A stretch of DNA of 62,287 nt, filler included, from Nemertoderma westbladi (lineage: Eukaryota; Animalia; Xenacoelomorpha): assembly GCA_032718475.1 (NCBI GenBank). It is 3 parts of 3 records of this genome, joined end to end, with 100 filler letters (N's around TTAATTAATTAA, not from the genome) between each part and the next. Parts side by side here need not be neighbours in the genome. Positions count along the whole stretch, not along the records: positions 24,116 to 52,911 come from JAUCBJ010008964.1; 2 more parts are not named here. One strand, written 5' to 3'. Under the pieces are notes generated by a model that was not told where the DNA came from, did no database searches, and saw nothing but the letters and a program-made list of their open reading frames with translations. Both the position numbers and the translations under genes were made by a program. Positions 24,761-36,943 of the stretch are shown here, in pieces (the stretch's first letter is position 1; every line of letters begins with the position of its first letter).

Positions 24761-27700
24761 CTAGCTAACAGGACATCTAAAAGATAATGCAGCCACCAAA
24801 GAGAATAAAAAAAGGCAACCCCAACAAACTGAGAAGCGAACAAGTTCTCTGCATTCCAAAATAATCATTGAGAAATCCACCAAAAACGGGACCTATAATG
24901 TTTCCAATAGACATTGATATACGAAACATTTGTTGCAGAAGAGATCTGGTGTCAACATTGTCTGGATAGCCACAAACCTTCACAGCCAGTTGCGTTTGTG
25001 TTTCCAATGCAGGGGTCATGTATAATACTGTACCAAATCCGAGGAGTGCAAATCCAGTAATAGAAATTGAGAAATCATGAGGTAAACCGAGAAGTTCTGT
25101 AGGACCTATTAGTTGCATTGCTAATGCTACTATCATTACTCCAAATACAATAGGAAAGATAGTTTTCAATTTCTTCATCATTAAACTCATTATTATACCT
25201 ATGGAGGCATTAATACTAGGAGATATCATATATATCCGACCAATATTGTATTGGTTCACATTGTAGGTGTGATGAATGTAGGCAGCATAGTTCGTAACTA
25301 TAAATTGTGAGAGCATAACCCAATATGTGTGCAAAATAAACATAAGAGTTATTGCTGGATTCTTCAGAACCCTAAGTAAGATAAGTTGGTCTGACCTCAC
25401 CTGTCTTGAATGTAAGCTGGTGACTCTTTCCAACAGTAAAAGAGTATAATGAGAAATATCAAACCCGATATTATAAATGGGAATTCAAAACCCAAAGCAG
25501 CAAAAACTGTAGAACCAAATACTGGTGCAACCATGAATCCTATATTGGTGCTAACAAGAGTTAGACTAGCTAATACTGTTCTTTGTGCTGGCCACAATTC
25601 CATCAAGAGACTGAATGAATACATAAAACTGATATTGAGTCCAAAAGCTTCGATTATACGCAGTGAAAAACGACAAATATATATAATCCACTGTTACTAT
25701 TAGGGATATATTCTACAAACCCAAATGCTAACTGGGAAACAGCTCCAATGATTCCAAATAGACCCAAAGAGATACGAGTTCCCCAATTGTTGATAGAATG
25801 AGGGAAAGTGATATATATTATAAGTCTCATCATTGAAAAAGTTGAAGGTAATGCACCAATCAGAGTGTTTGACCAACCTCGTTCTTCAACCCCAAGCACT
25901 GAACTGGAAAGCTATGGACTCATAGTGGACCCAGTGGTCACAAGTCCCAGATAGACCATATTCTGTTTCGTAGGAAATACAGGAGCTCTATACAAGACTG
26001 TAATGCATTTACACTTCGACCCTTCTCCAGTGATCACCGCCTTATTGTGGCCAAGGTAAGACTTAGTCTGCGTGATAGCAGAATAATGAAATCTGCCTTG
26101 CCCCGACATGACTGGTCCTCTCTGTTGCAACAGCCAAGTGTGAGATCCAGCTTCACACTACAGCTGAGCAACAGGTATGAGGCTCTTGCCTCTGAGGCGG
26201 CAGATCACTGTGAGGGCTATACTGCCTTTACAGAAGCAGTTAAGTTAGCAGCTGCAGAAACAGTTCCTGTGTACCCTCGAAACAGGAAAGGGGCCCCCTG
26301 GACTGACAACAAAATTCAGAAGTGCCGAAATGACCTTCATAAGGCGCAGAAAGAGTCCCGACTCAAACAGACTATAGCGGCCAAGAATGCAGTTAAGGCT
26401 GCATCTAGGTCCCTGAACAGGCAGTACTCTGTTAATCTACAGGAGCTAATAAACCAACAGGTTGATGCCATCAATGATGCTGACAACAGCAGGCAATCAT
26501 CCCAGGCATGGAAATCTATCAACTTGCTTACTGGGCGGAAAAGCCAACCAACCACCAAGGTTAAGGCTGAATCACCAGCAGATCGCCTCAATGGTTGGAA
26601 AGCCCACTTTGAAAAGCTCCTCAATAATGACAGGGTATTGCCTGATAACTTTATAGAAGTAAAAGTGTCTGAGTCTGTACTCCCAGATATTCCCATTGGC
26701 GATATCTCCTTTGCAGAAGTGAAGGCTGCTGCAAAGAGCATTAAGACCAATCGTGCCAGTGGAGTAGATGGTATTCCCCCTGAGGTCTTTAAAATACCTG
26801 AGTGTTTAAAGCTCATCTATCCCATCATAGTAGACATGTACCGAACAACAAGTCCCACAAGAAATGAAAACAAATAAGTTGGTGCCAGTTCCCAAGAAGG
26901 GCAACCTAACACTCTATGGTTCTTTTCGTGGAATCGCCTTGATCTCGATTGCTGCAAAGCTATACAATAGGATTCTATTAAATCGCATCAGGGATCCCAT
27001 TGAGAGACTGCTCCGTGGAAATCAGAATGGGTTCCGTAAAGGTTGTGGGACCATGGAGCCCATTTTGGCACTTAGAAGGATAATTCAAGAATTAACCAAA
27101 AAGAAAGACAGGCATCTGGCTGTTATCTTTGTTGACTTCTTCAAGGCCTTTGATTCAGTCTCTCGCTCACGTATGTTCAGCATACTTTCATTATATGGGA
27201 TTCCTGATGAAATCATTGCAGCAATAAGATCAGTATACGATGGTTCGACAACATTTGTGTCTACTGTTGATGGTGACACAGAACCATTTGAAGTGTTATG
27301 GGGCGTCCTCCAAGGAGACACACTTGCACCATTCTTGTTCATTATTGTGGTTGACTATGTTCTACGCATGTCCTTAGATCATCATAATGATGATAGGGTG
27401 ATGATAACTCCACCTACTGGCTCCAGAAGTCGAGGAAATCCTGCCAAGTACCTAACTGATCTAGACTTTGCTGATGACTTAGGAGTACTCTCAGAATCAC
27501 TAGAGGGAGCCCAACGGCTCCTCAGCTCATTAGAACATGCTGCTTCTAGTGTTGGTCTTTTTATTAACTCCAGAAAGACCAAAATTTTGACAGTTAACTT
27601 TGAAAGTCCTCAGCAAGTCTCTGATCGGTTGAGCATAAGCTCAAAGGATGGAATGCTTGAGCATGTGGACGACTTCTGTTACCTGGGATCATGGATCCGG

Positions 27701-28471
27701 AAGTCAGGTGAGGACCATCGAATACATAAGGGAAAGGCATGGGCAGCCTTGAATAGGCTTTCCAGGATTTGGAAGTCACCGAGAATTAATCGGAAACTTA
27801 AGGTCCGATTATTTAGAGCAACAGTAGTTCCAGTACTCCTCTACGGGAGTCCATGCTGGGCTCTAACTGCTGAGGACACCAAATCTCTGGATGGCACATT
27901 CACAAGAATGCTACGCCGGGTTCATTGTGTCAAGTACAATGCACACATCTCCAACCAGACACTATATAACATTGGAGGTGTCTCATTGGTTCCCCCAAGC
28001 TTAACACTAGAACGAAATCGCCTCCGCTTTGCAGGACATTGCTTTCGCCGTGAGGACCAGCCAGTGCATAATCTTCTACTTTGGCAGCCTCATGGAGTGA
28101 ATAAGCATGGTGGACAGCCCATGACTTTCTTGAGACGCATCTTAAAGGACACTGGCCTTGAAGATGCGGATGATCTAGCAAATGTCATGGGTGATAGGGA
28201 GTTGTGGCGGTGCAATTTTGTTGACAAGCCGGCACAGCATTCTTAAAAATGCAGCTGCAATGCAGAATGCCGATCCTAGTAGTAGTAGTAGTTCTTCAAC
28301 AACAATTGGGAAGAAAGTCTCTAATAGACTCTGACACCAACCTATTATCATTTGATATACAAGCAGCATGATCACTAACATATAAAGTCTCCCGACCTTT
28401 CGGAGTCCATTTTTACATGAACGCCTTATATTCATTGAACTTGACTTTATGGGGGCCTCTTCATCTGACAT
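24761..28471 (-). pseudogene. SLC18B1-like MFS transporter pseudogene (paralog of 32406-33713), disrupted by a LINE and frameshifts
   Basis: ORF pieces 28471-28291 and 25890-24761 align to the intact paralog; frameshifts near 25670 and 25380-25400; LINE inserted at FFPIVVE|ERGW. Confidence 0.9.
25891..28290 (+). mobile_element. 5'-truncated RTE/RTEX-group LINE with near-intact RT
   Basis: End of APE (SQIDHIL, SDHRLIV); RT motifs QNGFR, FVDFFKAFDSV, GVLQGDTLAPFLF, LDFADD, FCYLGS; frameshift at ~26865; (TAG)n tail; 10-bp TSD gttcttcaac (25881-90, 28291-300). Confidence 0.95.
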
Positions 28472-29285
28472 CTTCTATACTAGGTATATATATAACTAAG
28501 GTAAGTCTAAGGTAAATCACTTGTTATTTATTATACTTCCTACTGCAAATGTAGTCTCTATCAATATTTATTTATTTGTATATTTATTTATATGTATATA
28601 GGTGAACTCATCTGAAGCAATAGGTCGTCCATCAATGAAAGTTATATCAATCGACGCAGCTCAACAAAATTTTCGAAAAAATTGTTAAAGTGTCTTTTTA
28701 TAATTCGAAAAATAGGCTCATAACAAGAAAATAGCCATATAGACTCAATGATAGAAACACCAGCTGGTGCGGATACGCCCAAACTGCAGAGAAGTATATT
28801 ACTTGCCCAGTTTTAGTAAGGTTGTGTTTACTCACTCACACTATGACATACAGTAATCAAACATTAACTGTTAGTTTATAATGTAGTAGCCCGTCAGCTG
28901 AATAGCTCTTCCCAGTGAATCCTATGGGGATATCTATAAGGTTACTCACTGGTGTGTTAGGTGGTAGGCCAGCTGAATGAATTATAAGCACACGACCGTC
29001 ATCTAATGGGTCAGGCCCGCCTAATAATGCTCCTCTACAGCCAACTCTCTATGTATTCGTTTGCCACAGCTGTCAATTAATGTTTATATATATTTAATTT
29101 CGCGATAAAATAATGTCAAAAAACTAAATATATCGAATACTACACAGAATCGATCTGAAATTTTGTAACGCGATTATGATCACCAAAGCAATGTACTTGC
29201 AAAATTTAATCAAAAAAGCTAGGTGGGAAGTGTACGAAACTGCAATTCCGGTATGTGGATAGCTATATAGATAGCTGTTTGCTTT

Positions 29286-29548
29286 CATTGCTTTCGCCAT
29301 GGGGACCAGCCAGTGCATAATCTTGTGCATTGGCAGCCTCATGGAGAGAATAAGCATGGTGGACAGCCCATGACTTTCTTGAGACGCATCTCAAAGGACA
29401 CTGGCCTTGAAGATGCGGATGATCTAGCAAATGTCATGGGTGATAGTTAGTTGTGGTGATGCAATTTTGTCGAAAAGCCGGCACAGCATTCTTTAAAATG
29501 CAGCTGCAATGCAGCATGCCGATCCTAGTAGTAGTAGTAGTAGTAGTA
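29286..29548 (+). mobile_element. Short 3' fragment of the same RTE-group LINE
   Basis: Matches ~28037-28290, including the (TAG)n tail. Confidence 0.9.
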
Positions 29549-29811
29549 TATAGAAAGATATATATCCCTCATTGAAAATTTTTTCTGACAGTAACTATCC
29601 CTGCTCATTAAGCGGGCTCCTAATAATTATTGAGTCGCTTCAGTGTAGGGTGAATACAGTCCTACCAATAGGGTTGGTGTGCGAAAAAAATGTTGGGCTA
29701 GAAACAATCGGATAAGGGTTAAGAAGGTGTCCTGAATCGAGTGGTGGGGTTTTTTTTGTAAAAACATGTGGAAACGGTCGAGACAGCGGGTTTAATAAGC
29801 CCAGGAAGCTA

Positions 29812-31197
29812 ATTCTGAAAATCGGCTGTGATTGGCCTCTTAGTGCTCTGATAATTTCTTATATTAGTATCTATGGAGGGTGATTTTAGATCCATTCAAA
29901 TACACATTTAATCTGAATCATTTCACACGTGGCTTATAGCAATTAAAAGTGGAGAGTCTTACGCGTCTTTTAACACTCCAATTACATAAATTCATGATCA
30001 TGAACATTGATAAAATACTGTTTGCAATTTTGCAAACTTGGTAGATTGTCTGACCACATATGCAAGCACTCAACCACTCAGCCCTATCTACTTATTACAT
30101 TGCAGTATCGGAGTAGGCCTATTGCTGTATTGTTGCTTAAGTTCATTAAGTTGAGTAAACCTACCTACCGACAGAAAATGTTCATCACGTGTTGGTGTTC
30201 AACCCACTGGTGGACACCAATGTGGCGATGTTGATTGACGCCACTTATTTCCACCACGAGGCGAGGAAGTGCCGGAAATACGAGGAGAGATTATGCGAGG
30301 TGGAACACTCCACCTTCACTCCCTTAATCTTCTCTGCTTTCAGCGGAATGGCACCAGCTGCCCATCAGTTTGTCAAACGACTGGTGGTGAAGTTGTCCAA
30401 CAAACGGTAGGTTCCCTATCCTGAGTGCGTCTCATGGGTACGTCAGCGAATCAGTTTCTCCCTCAGGTCGTCCTTAATGTGTTTACGCGAGTACCATTCG
30501 GCTGCTAGGTGACCGGTGCAGGAGGCAGTCAGCGACTCATCGATCCAGTTGGCTAACGCGGACTCAGACCCTGGGGTGTTGGCGCAGTTCGGTAGGGTAG
30601 GGTAGTACAGTAGTATGCTCCATACACCATAGAGACAGTTTCTGTGTTGGGGGCATGCAAAGGATTTTATTTTAAATTTTTACAATAAAATACATTTGTT
30701 GCCTAGTAACGTCAGCTGGTGGTGGGTATTGTTTAACATTATCTGAATTTTATAAGGTTTTTATTATCTATGTAAATAAATGAGACTTATGAGGTTAAAA
30801 AAACCTACTGATGTACCACTCTTACACTACCACTGACTGGTACACATTTCAACTTAATGAACTTAAAGCTGCAATACAACAATACTCTGATACTGCAATG
30901 CAATAGGTGTATTGTATAGGGCTGATTGGTTGATTGGCTTACAAACTGGTCATGCAATCTGCGAGTTTATAATTGTGAATGGATTCATTTTATCAATGTT
31001 CATCACCATGAATTTAATTAATTGTAGTGTCAAAAGACGTGCAAGACTCTCCCCTTTCAATTGTAATAAGCCACGTGTGCTAATGTGTATTTGAATGGAT
31101 CTAAAATCACCCTCCATAGAAACCAATATAAGAAATTATCAGAGCACTTTGTAATGACATCAAATCTGTAGCAGCCAATCACAGCCGATTATCAAAA
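29812..31197. mobile_element. Foldback element with inverted arms of over 200 bp
   Basis: ~29815-30020 is the reverse complement of ~30985-31190 (e.g. ctatggagggtgattttagatccattcaaatacacatt). Exact termini not resolved. Confidence 0.75.
30185..30690 (+). mobile_element. 3' fragment of a CRE-clade (restriction-like endonuclease) non-LTR retrotransposon
   Basis: VFNP..HEARKCRKYEERLCEVEHSTFTPLIFS..GM..FVKRL..PY..SWVRQRISFSL resembles the C-terminal RLE domain of CRE elements (recalled). In-frame stop; AATAAA at 30684. Confidence 0.75.
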
Positions 31198-31902
31198 TAG
31201 ATAGACCTGAAAATACTACCTGATTCCTTGAATGTCCGCAATATACCTCCTCATGGCCTCCCATTTGTCAATACCATCATCTGCTGCCACTGGGCTCAAC
31301 CCTACTGTACTTGGCCGTCTTTAACAACTTCCAATCACAACCGCAAATGAAAGGGTTGTGTATTAACCATGAACCATCACGGCCACAATGATTAAGTATA
31401 AACTCTAACTACTAATTTAGTTTATGTATTATTATTATTTTTATATTTCTATAGCGCCAAATTTACATGAAAACACCCTGTGGTGCTGAAACTTCTTTTC
31501 AACTCTTAAAGTTTCGATTTAAAAAGATCCAAGCTGGCACCCTATTCTTTCCGGTAATTCGTGATGAAAACATCACAGATAGCAGGGCAGTGCAATTCAA
31601 ACCAAACCTAAGCAGTGAAACTAAATCAACTTTGTGGGGCGAGTCAAAACTTCGAGCCATCAGCGAAATGTTATAATTATACTATGGCCGTTTTCTAAAA
31701 GTGTGTGTGTCAGTCTGTGTGTTGGAAGCCATAATTGTCTTCACTCGTGTTATTATTATTTGCAATTAAGGTAATATATCAATACAAACTAAATTTCATG
31801 TTGACGTCATATCTATCTTTTAGCCTATCTTTTACTTTCCTGCAATGGGCACAGGCGCGGTACTCTACTCCACAGTGTATTCTCCTGCAATAAAGCAATA
31901 AT

Positions 31903-32030
31903 TTTGCCGAAACGCAACCTTTTGCCGAAACGCAACTTTTTTGCCGAAACGCGACTTTTTTTGTCGAAACCCATCTTTTTTGTCAAAACGCAACTTTTTT
32001 TGCCGAAACGCGACTGTTTCCGAAACGCGA
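31903..32030. repeat. Short ~19-23-bp tandem repeat (ttttgccgaaacgc core)
   Basis: About 7 degenerate copies followed by poly-C. Confidence 0.7.
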
Positions 32031-32405
32031 TGACACCAGTCCCCCCCCCCCCCCCCCCCCCCCCCAACCCTGCCAATAAAAATAAATCAAATACAAACAT
32101 GGACAATATTGAAATTATGATGATCTGTTATTTATTGTTTGTTAATTTTTATGATGATTCAATCGGTTTTCAAAGAAGATTCTCACAATGTTGTGCACAT
32201 TGATAATGGATAATACAGTTGTTTGTTACTTTCTGTAAGCTTAAACGAAAATGATTTTTACACAAATATGAATGCACAAATGACCACCGTTTCAGTATCC
32301 TGCCACCAGTTTAGTTTCAGTATTACATACAATATCAAGACAACCAAAATAGCAAGATAAACCATACACAATGAAATTAAATAATACTTTAAAAGAAAAA
32401 GCCAC

Positions 32406-33713
32406 CTAGCCAACACGAAATCTAAAAGCAAACACAGACACTAAAGAGATAAGAAATGGTAACCCCAACAGACTGAGAATCGAACAAGTTGTTTGCACCC
32501 CAAAATTATCATTGAGATATCCACCAAAAACGGGACCTATAATAACTCCAATAGACATTGATATACGAAACATTTGTTGCAGAAGAGATCTGGTGTCAAC
32601 ATTGTCTGGATAGCCACAAACCTTCACAGCCAGTTGCGTTTGCATTTCCAATGCAGGGGTTTGGTATAATGCTGAACCGCATCCAATGAATGCAAATCCA
32701 GTAATAGAAATTGAGAGATAATGAGGTAAACCGAGAAGTTCTGTAGGACCTATTAGTTGCATTGCTAATGCTACTATCATTACTCCAAATACAATAGGAA
32801 ATATAGTTTTCACTTTATTCATCATTAAACTCAAGATTATACCTATGGAGGCATTAATACTAGGAGATATCATATATATCCGACCAATATTGTACTGGTT
32901 CACATTATAAGTATGATGAATGTAGGCAGCAAAGTTCGTAACTATAAATGATGAGCTCATGACCCAATATGTGTGCAAAATAAACATAAGAGTTACTGCT
33001 GGATTTTTCAGAACACCAACATAAGTTGGTCTGCCTTCATTAGATTCACATCTATCTTTAATGTAAGCTGGTGACTCTTTCCAACAGTAAAAGAGTATAA
33101 TGAGAAATATAAAACCCGATATTATAAATGGGAATTCAAAACCCAAAGCAGCAAAAACTGTAGAACCAAATACTGGAGCAACCAAGAATCCTATATTGGT
33201 GCTAACAAGAGTTAGACTAGCTAATACTGTTCTTTGTGCTGGCCACACTTCCATCAATATACTGAATGAATACATAAAACTGATGTTGAGACCAACAGCT
33301 TCGATGATGCGAAGTGAAAAACAAACAAATATATATAATCCACTGTTACTATTAGGGATATATTCTACAAACCCAAATGCTAACTGGGAAACAGCTCCAA
33401 TGATTCCAAATAGACCCAACGAGATACGAGTTCCCCAATTGTTAATAGAATGAGTACAAGTAATGTATATTATAAGTCTTGACATTGAAAACGTTGAAAG
33501 TAATGCACCAATCAGAGTCTTTGACCAACCTCGTTCTTCAACAACAATTGGGAAGAAGGTCTCTAATAGACTCTGACACCACCCTGGTATAATTTGATAC
33601 AATAGCAACATGGCCACTAAAATATAAAGTCTCCCGCCATTTTGGAGACCATTTTTATATGAACGACTTATATTCATTGGACTTGACTTTATAGGAGCAT
33701 CTTCATCTGACAT
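32406..33713 (-). CDS. Intronless MFS transporter, SLC18B1-like (435 aa)
   Basis: Uninterrupted ORF with about 12 hydrophobic segments; MFS-like motifs (LRIIEAVG, IGFLVAPVFG, IGVIIGPVFGGYLNDNFG). The subfamily call is recalled, not searched. Confidence 0.85.
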   Translation of the reverse strand: MSDEDAPIKSSPMNISRSYKNGLQNGGRLYILVAMLLLYQIIPGWCQSLLETFFPIVVEERGWSKTLIGALLSTFSMSRLIIYITCTHSINNWGTRISLGLFGIIGAVSQLAFGFVEYIPNSNSGLYIFVCFSLRIIEAVGLNISFMYSFSILMEVWPAQRTVLASLTLVSTNIGFLVAPVFGSTVFAALGFEFPFIISGFIFLIILFYCWKESPAYIKDRCESNEGRPTYVGVLKNPAVTLMFILHTYWVMSSSFIVTNFAAYIHHTYNVNQYNIGRIYMISPSINASIGIILSLMMNKVKTIFPIVFGVMIVALAMQLIGPTELLGLPHYLSISITGFAFIGCGSALYQTPALEMQTQLAVKVCGYPDNVDTRSLLQQMFRISMSIGVIIGPVFGGYLNDNFGVQTTCSILSLLGLPFLISLVSVFAFRFRVG

Positions 33714-34849
33714 GTTATATATTATGTGTATAAACCACTACAGTAGATCACTTGATATTTATATGTATTTATATATGGTGAATTGAACCAAATATGTATG
33801 TGAAAATGATAAAAATTAATTTTTAAAAGTCACTTCTGGGGATTTGAGATCCAGTGCAAGAGACTGAACATTGACTTTACATCCTCTAATTTCCCCAATA
33901 AACACCAGATACGATCCATCCTGCTTGAAGAGGAGTACAGGATGGTCAGCCACTGCATGTGCCTTCAAGCAGAAAAAGAAGATCGACAAGACTTATATAT
34001 GAAATATTTGTTATGATGTAATATTTAAATTATTATCAATTATAATACTTTATTGTTTAATAAACAGGACAGCTTTCATCAGAACTTAGCAGAGAGAAGA
34101 AGGAATCCAGAGGACCAATCAGCTATTCTTAACTAACCTAACTATTATAAAATACATTCATATAAAATAAATTCCTCCCTTTACTACTGTATGATGTTTA
34201 CCTGGTGACCTGGGCGCGGCACTATCTTTCGAGTAAAATAAATTCCGATTCAGCAGTCAATTTTTCAAAACTATAATAATCTGTAACTTATATCATAAAT
34301 ATAAACTATAAAGTATTTTTAATGCAAAACATGAAACAGAAGGATGATGCAGCTGAAAGTCAACAGTTTCATTAGTCTTTATTGAAAAGGAAATCGTTGT
34401 TGGACAGGGAAATTCTACAATAACAACAAAAACTAAAAAAAAAACATTATCAGGAAGAAGCAAAACCAAAAATGCCCTTTAATACAAAGTGAGGAATCTG
34501 TAATCAATGTAAGGAATACATACATAAACATAGGCATATGGCATCTCATAAAACCTTTGTTTGATTATGGGGTGGACCTTACATAATTGAATAAGTAATA
34601 AGATCATAATCAAAGTGGTCAGTTACAATATAGGAAACGTTTGTTAGAACTAGAACAGGAACAACCATATACTGTGAATAATTTTGATTTGTTTTGATTG
34701 GATAATTAACTCGAACCATATTGGTTAAAACATCAAAGAGTCACTATGCCCTACCCAAGCACTTAGTCTTCTTGAAGGCAATGATACTGCAACCTGTATG
34801 TATAGATGACAAGAAGGGTGACTACAAACTACAAACATAAATATCAATT

Positions 34850-36943
34850 GATTGTGTCACCTTGTTTCTTGCGCTATACGGGTTTGTGAGGGTTCTGAAT
34901 TCAATGGAATCAGTAAAAATTTAATAAGAGTTTTCAAACTTGTATTTTTCGCCGGTGGGTGAAAATTGTTGTGCCAGCACCAAATTTTGGACAATAAGCA
35001 AATTGATCAGTAGATAGTATCATCTTGTTTCTTGCGTTATACGGGTTTATGAGGGTCCTGAATCCGATGGAATCAATAAAAACAGCACTGGACATCGCAA
35101 ACTTGTACTTTTAGGTGATGGGTACGAAATTTGGTGCTAGCACCAAAATTTGCCAAATTACACCGAAAAATACAAGTACCAATGATCTGGCATAATGTAT
35201 TCCATTAGAATCAGCGCCCTAGAAAACCTGAAAATGTGAATTTATAGCATCATATAAGTGAATTAAAAATTGTGTGTTCTAACTGAAAAGTGCTGGTTAC
35301 TTGTTTTTTTTCATTTTTTTCCTGCGCAGAGAGGACTAAACAGCCATTTATAGTAATCATATCAGTTTTAAAATATTTTCCAATGTATTTTGCGCCCCAG
35401 AAAACCTGTAATGAAAAACAATTAGCCGAAAAATGTAACTTTCAAATTTTGTGAAAATTGTGCACTACTTGTAATTTTGGTGCTGCAATATAACAAGTAC
35501 ATTTTTTCGAAAATTTTTTTCGGTCGCATCCAGACTAGTGATACCTACGTACAAACAAAAAATCATCAGACGTTTTCGTAAAAATTTGTAGATTTTAGAG
35601 GGGGGGGGGGGGGTCAATATGACCCTCCCCCCCCCCCCCCCCCCCCTGTGATTTGTCCACGAAGCTAAGGAAAATCAACTACTTTCGCTAAGAAAGATTT
35701 TCCTTAGCTGAGATGGTCTATTCATAGTGGGCTATTTTACTTGTGTGAGGCAGATTTGGTTTTTTTTGACCCCAGCCAAAACTAGCCTTTAAAAGTACCC
35801 TGAAATTTTGCATGTATATACTACTCGTCGAGGCGCATCGTTTGGGCTGCGTCTCATATCCAGGAAAAATCTGGTTTCCATGGCAACGGACTTAGAATAA
35901 AGTCTATGTATTTCAAGTCAATATTTATAACTCTATTTGTAGGAAAACTATAATACATATAAACTTGGGGTTTCTCAACCCAACTATAAGGTCCATAGCA
36001 GAGCCGATTGAGGTTCAATAGAAAATCCAGTTGCCTTGGCAACCAGGCTAGACAGATGTTAAAATTTACAAAATGTTAATTTGAAGCCTAAGGAGAAGGT
36101 GTTATGTCTTGGGACCAACCCCTACCCCCACTATATGACTTATTCTGCGTCCGAATTTCATTGTTTAATTTTGCAGTTACCATGACAACCGCTGAAAACA
36201 GATGTTTTTATACAAAAATAACTCATTTGGACATAGACTTCGCGATAAAATTTTACGAAACTGGATGTGTTATCTGGACCATTAGTTGGAACTTTTAGTA
36301 AAACTGAAAACATTCCAGAAATATCTTGTTACCATGGTAACTGGAGTTTATTAAAGTCTATATCATTCAAGTCTAAATTCAATACTCTATTTGTAGCAAA
36401 ATAATGTAATAAATATAAATTTGGGGTTTTGCAACTCATCTGTAAGGTCCATATACAATCCATTCGAGGTTAATTACACAATCCAATTACCATAGCAACA
36501 AGACTAAGCAGATGTTAAAATTTCTAAAATGATAATTTGAAACACAAGTTAATAGTATTATGACTTGGGACCAAGACCTACCCCAATTATATGACTTATT
36601 CTGCATCCGAATTACATTGTTCTATTTTTCAGTTTCCATGACAACCACTGCAAACAGATGCATTTTGATAGAAAATCGGTAATTTGGACATAAACTACAA
36701 TATTTTCTGAAACTTGGTATGTGTGTTATCTGAACCACAATCTGGACTGAATCTTTTTTCAAAGGTAAAACCAACAGTTCCAGAGAACTCTAGTTTCCAT
36801 GGGAATATAAGTTAATTATTGGCAAATGCTACTAAACTAGGCTAAGCAACGAAACAAATTGTGGCCGTTTGATTTTCCTTAGCTTCGTGGTTGCATTTCC
36901 TTTAGGAAATGCCTTTCTAGTACAATAATTGGTACTAATAGGG
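34850..36943. mobile_element. piggyBac-like non-autonomous element (left end unresolved), interrupted by a Helentron-like element
   Basis: Right end ggg..gtcaatatgaccc..taataggg|TTAA (36944-47) mirrors the TTAA|ccctatta end at 61510; internal ~180-bp duplication at ~34850-35150. Confidence 0.55.
35657..36920 (+). mobile_element. Helitron/Helentron (HINE/DINE-like) non-autonomous element
   Basis: Subterminal IR ccacgaagctaaggaaaatc / gattttccttagcttcgtgg, extra inverted copy at ~35697, 3' hairpin gcatttcct-tt-aggaaatgc then CTAG|T; internal ~460-bp duplication. Confidence 0.65.

Noticed and set aside
25449-33453. Antisense ORFs over the MFS genes and LINE (e.g. 25449-25703, 26337-26816, 33100-33453)
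   Set aside because: Shadow ORFs of real coding sequence on the opposite strand.
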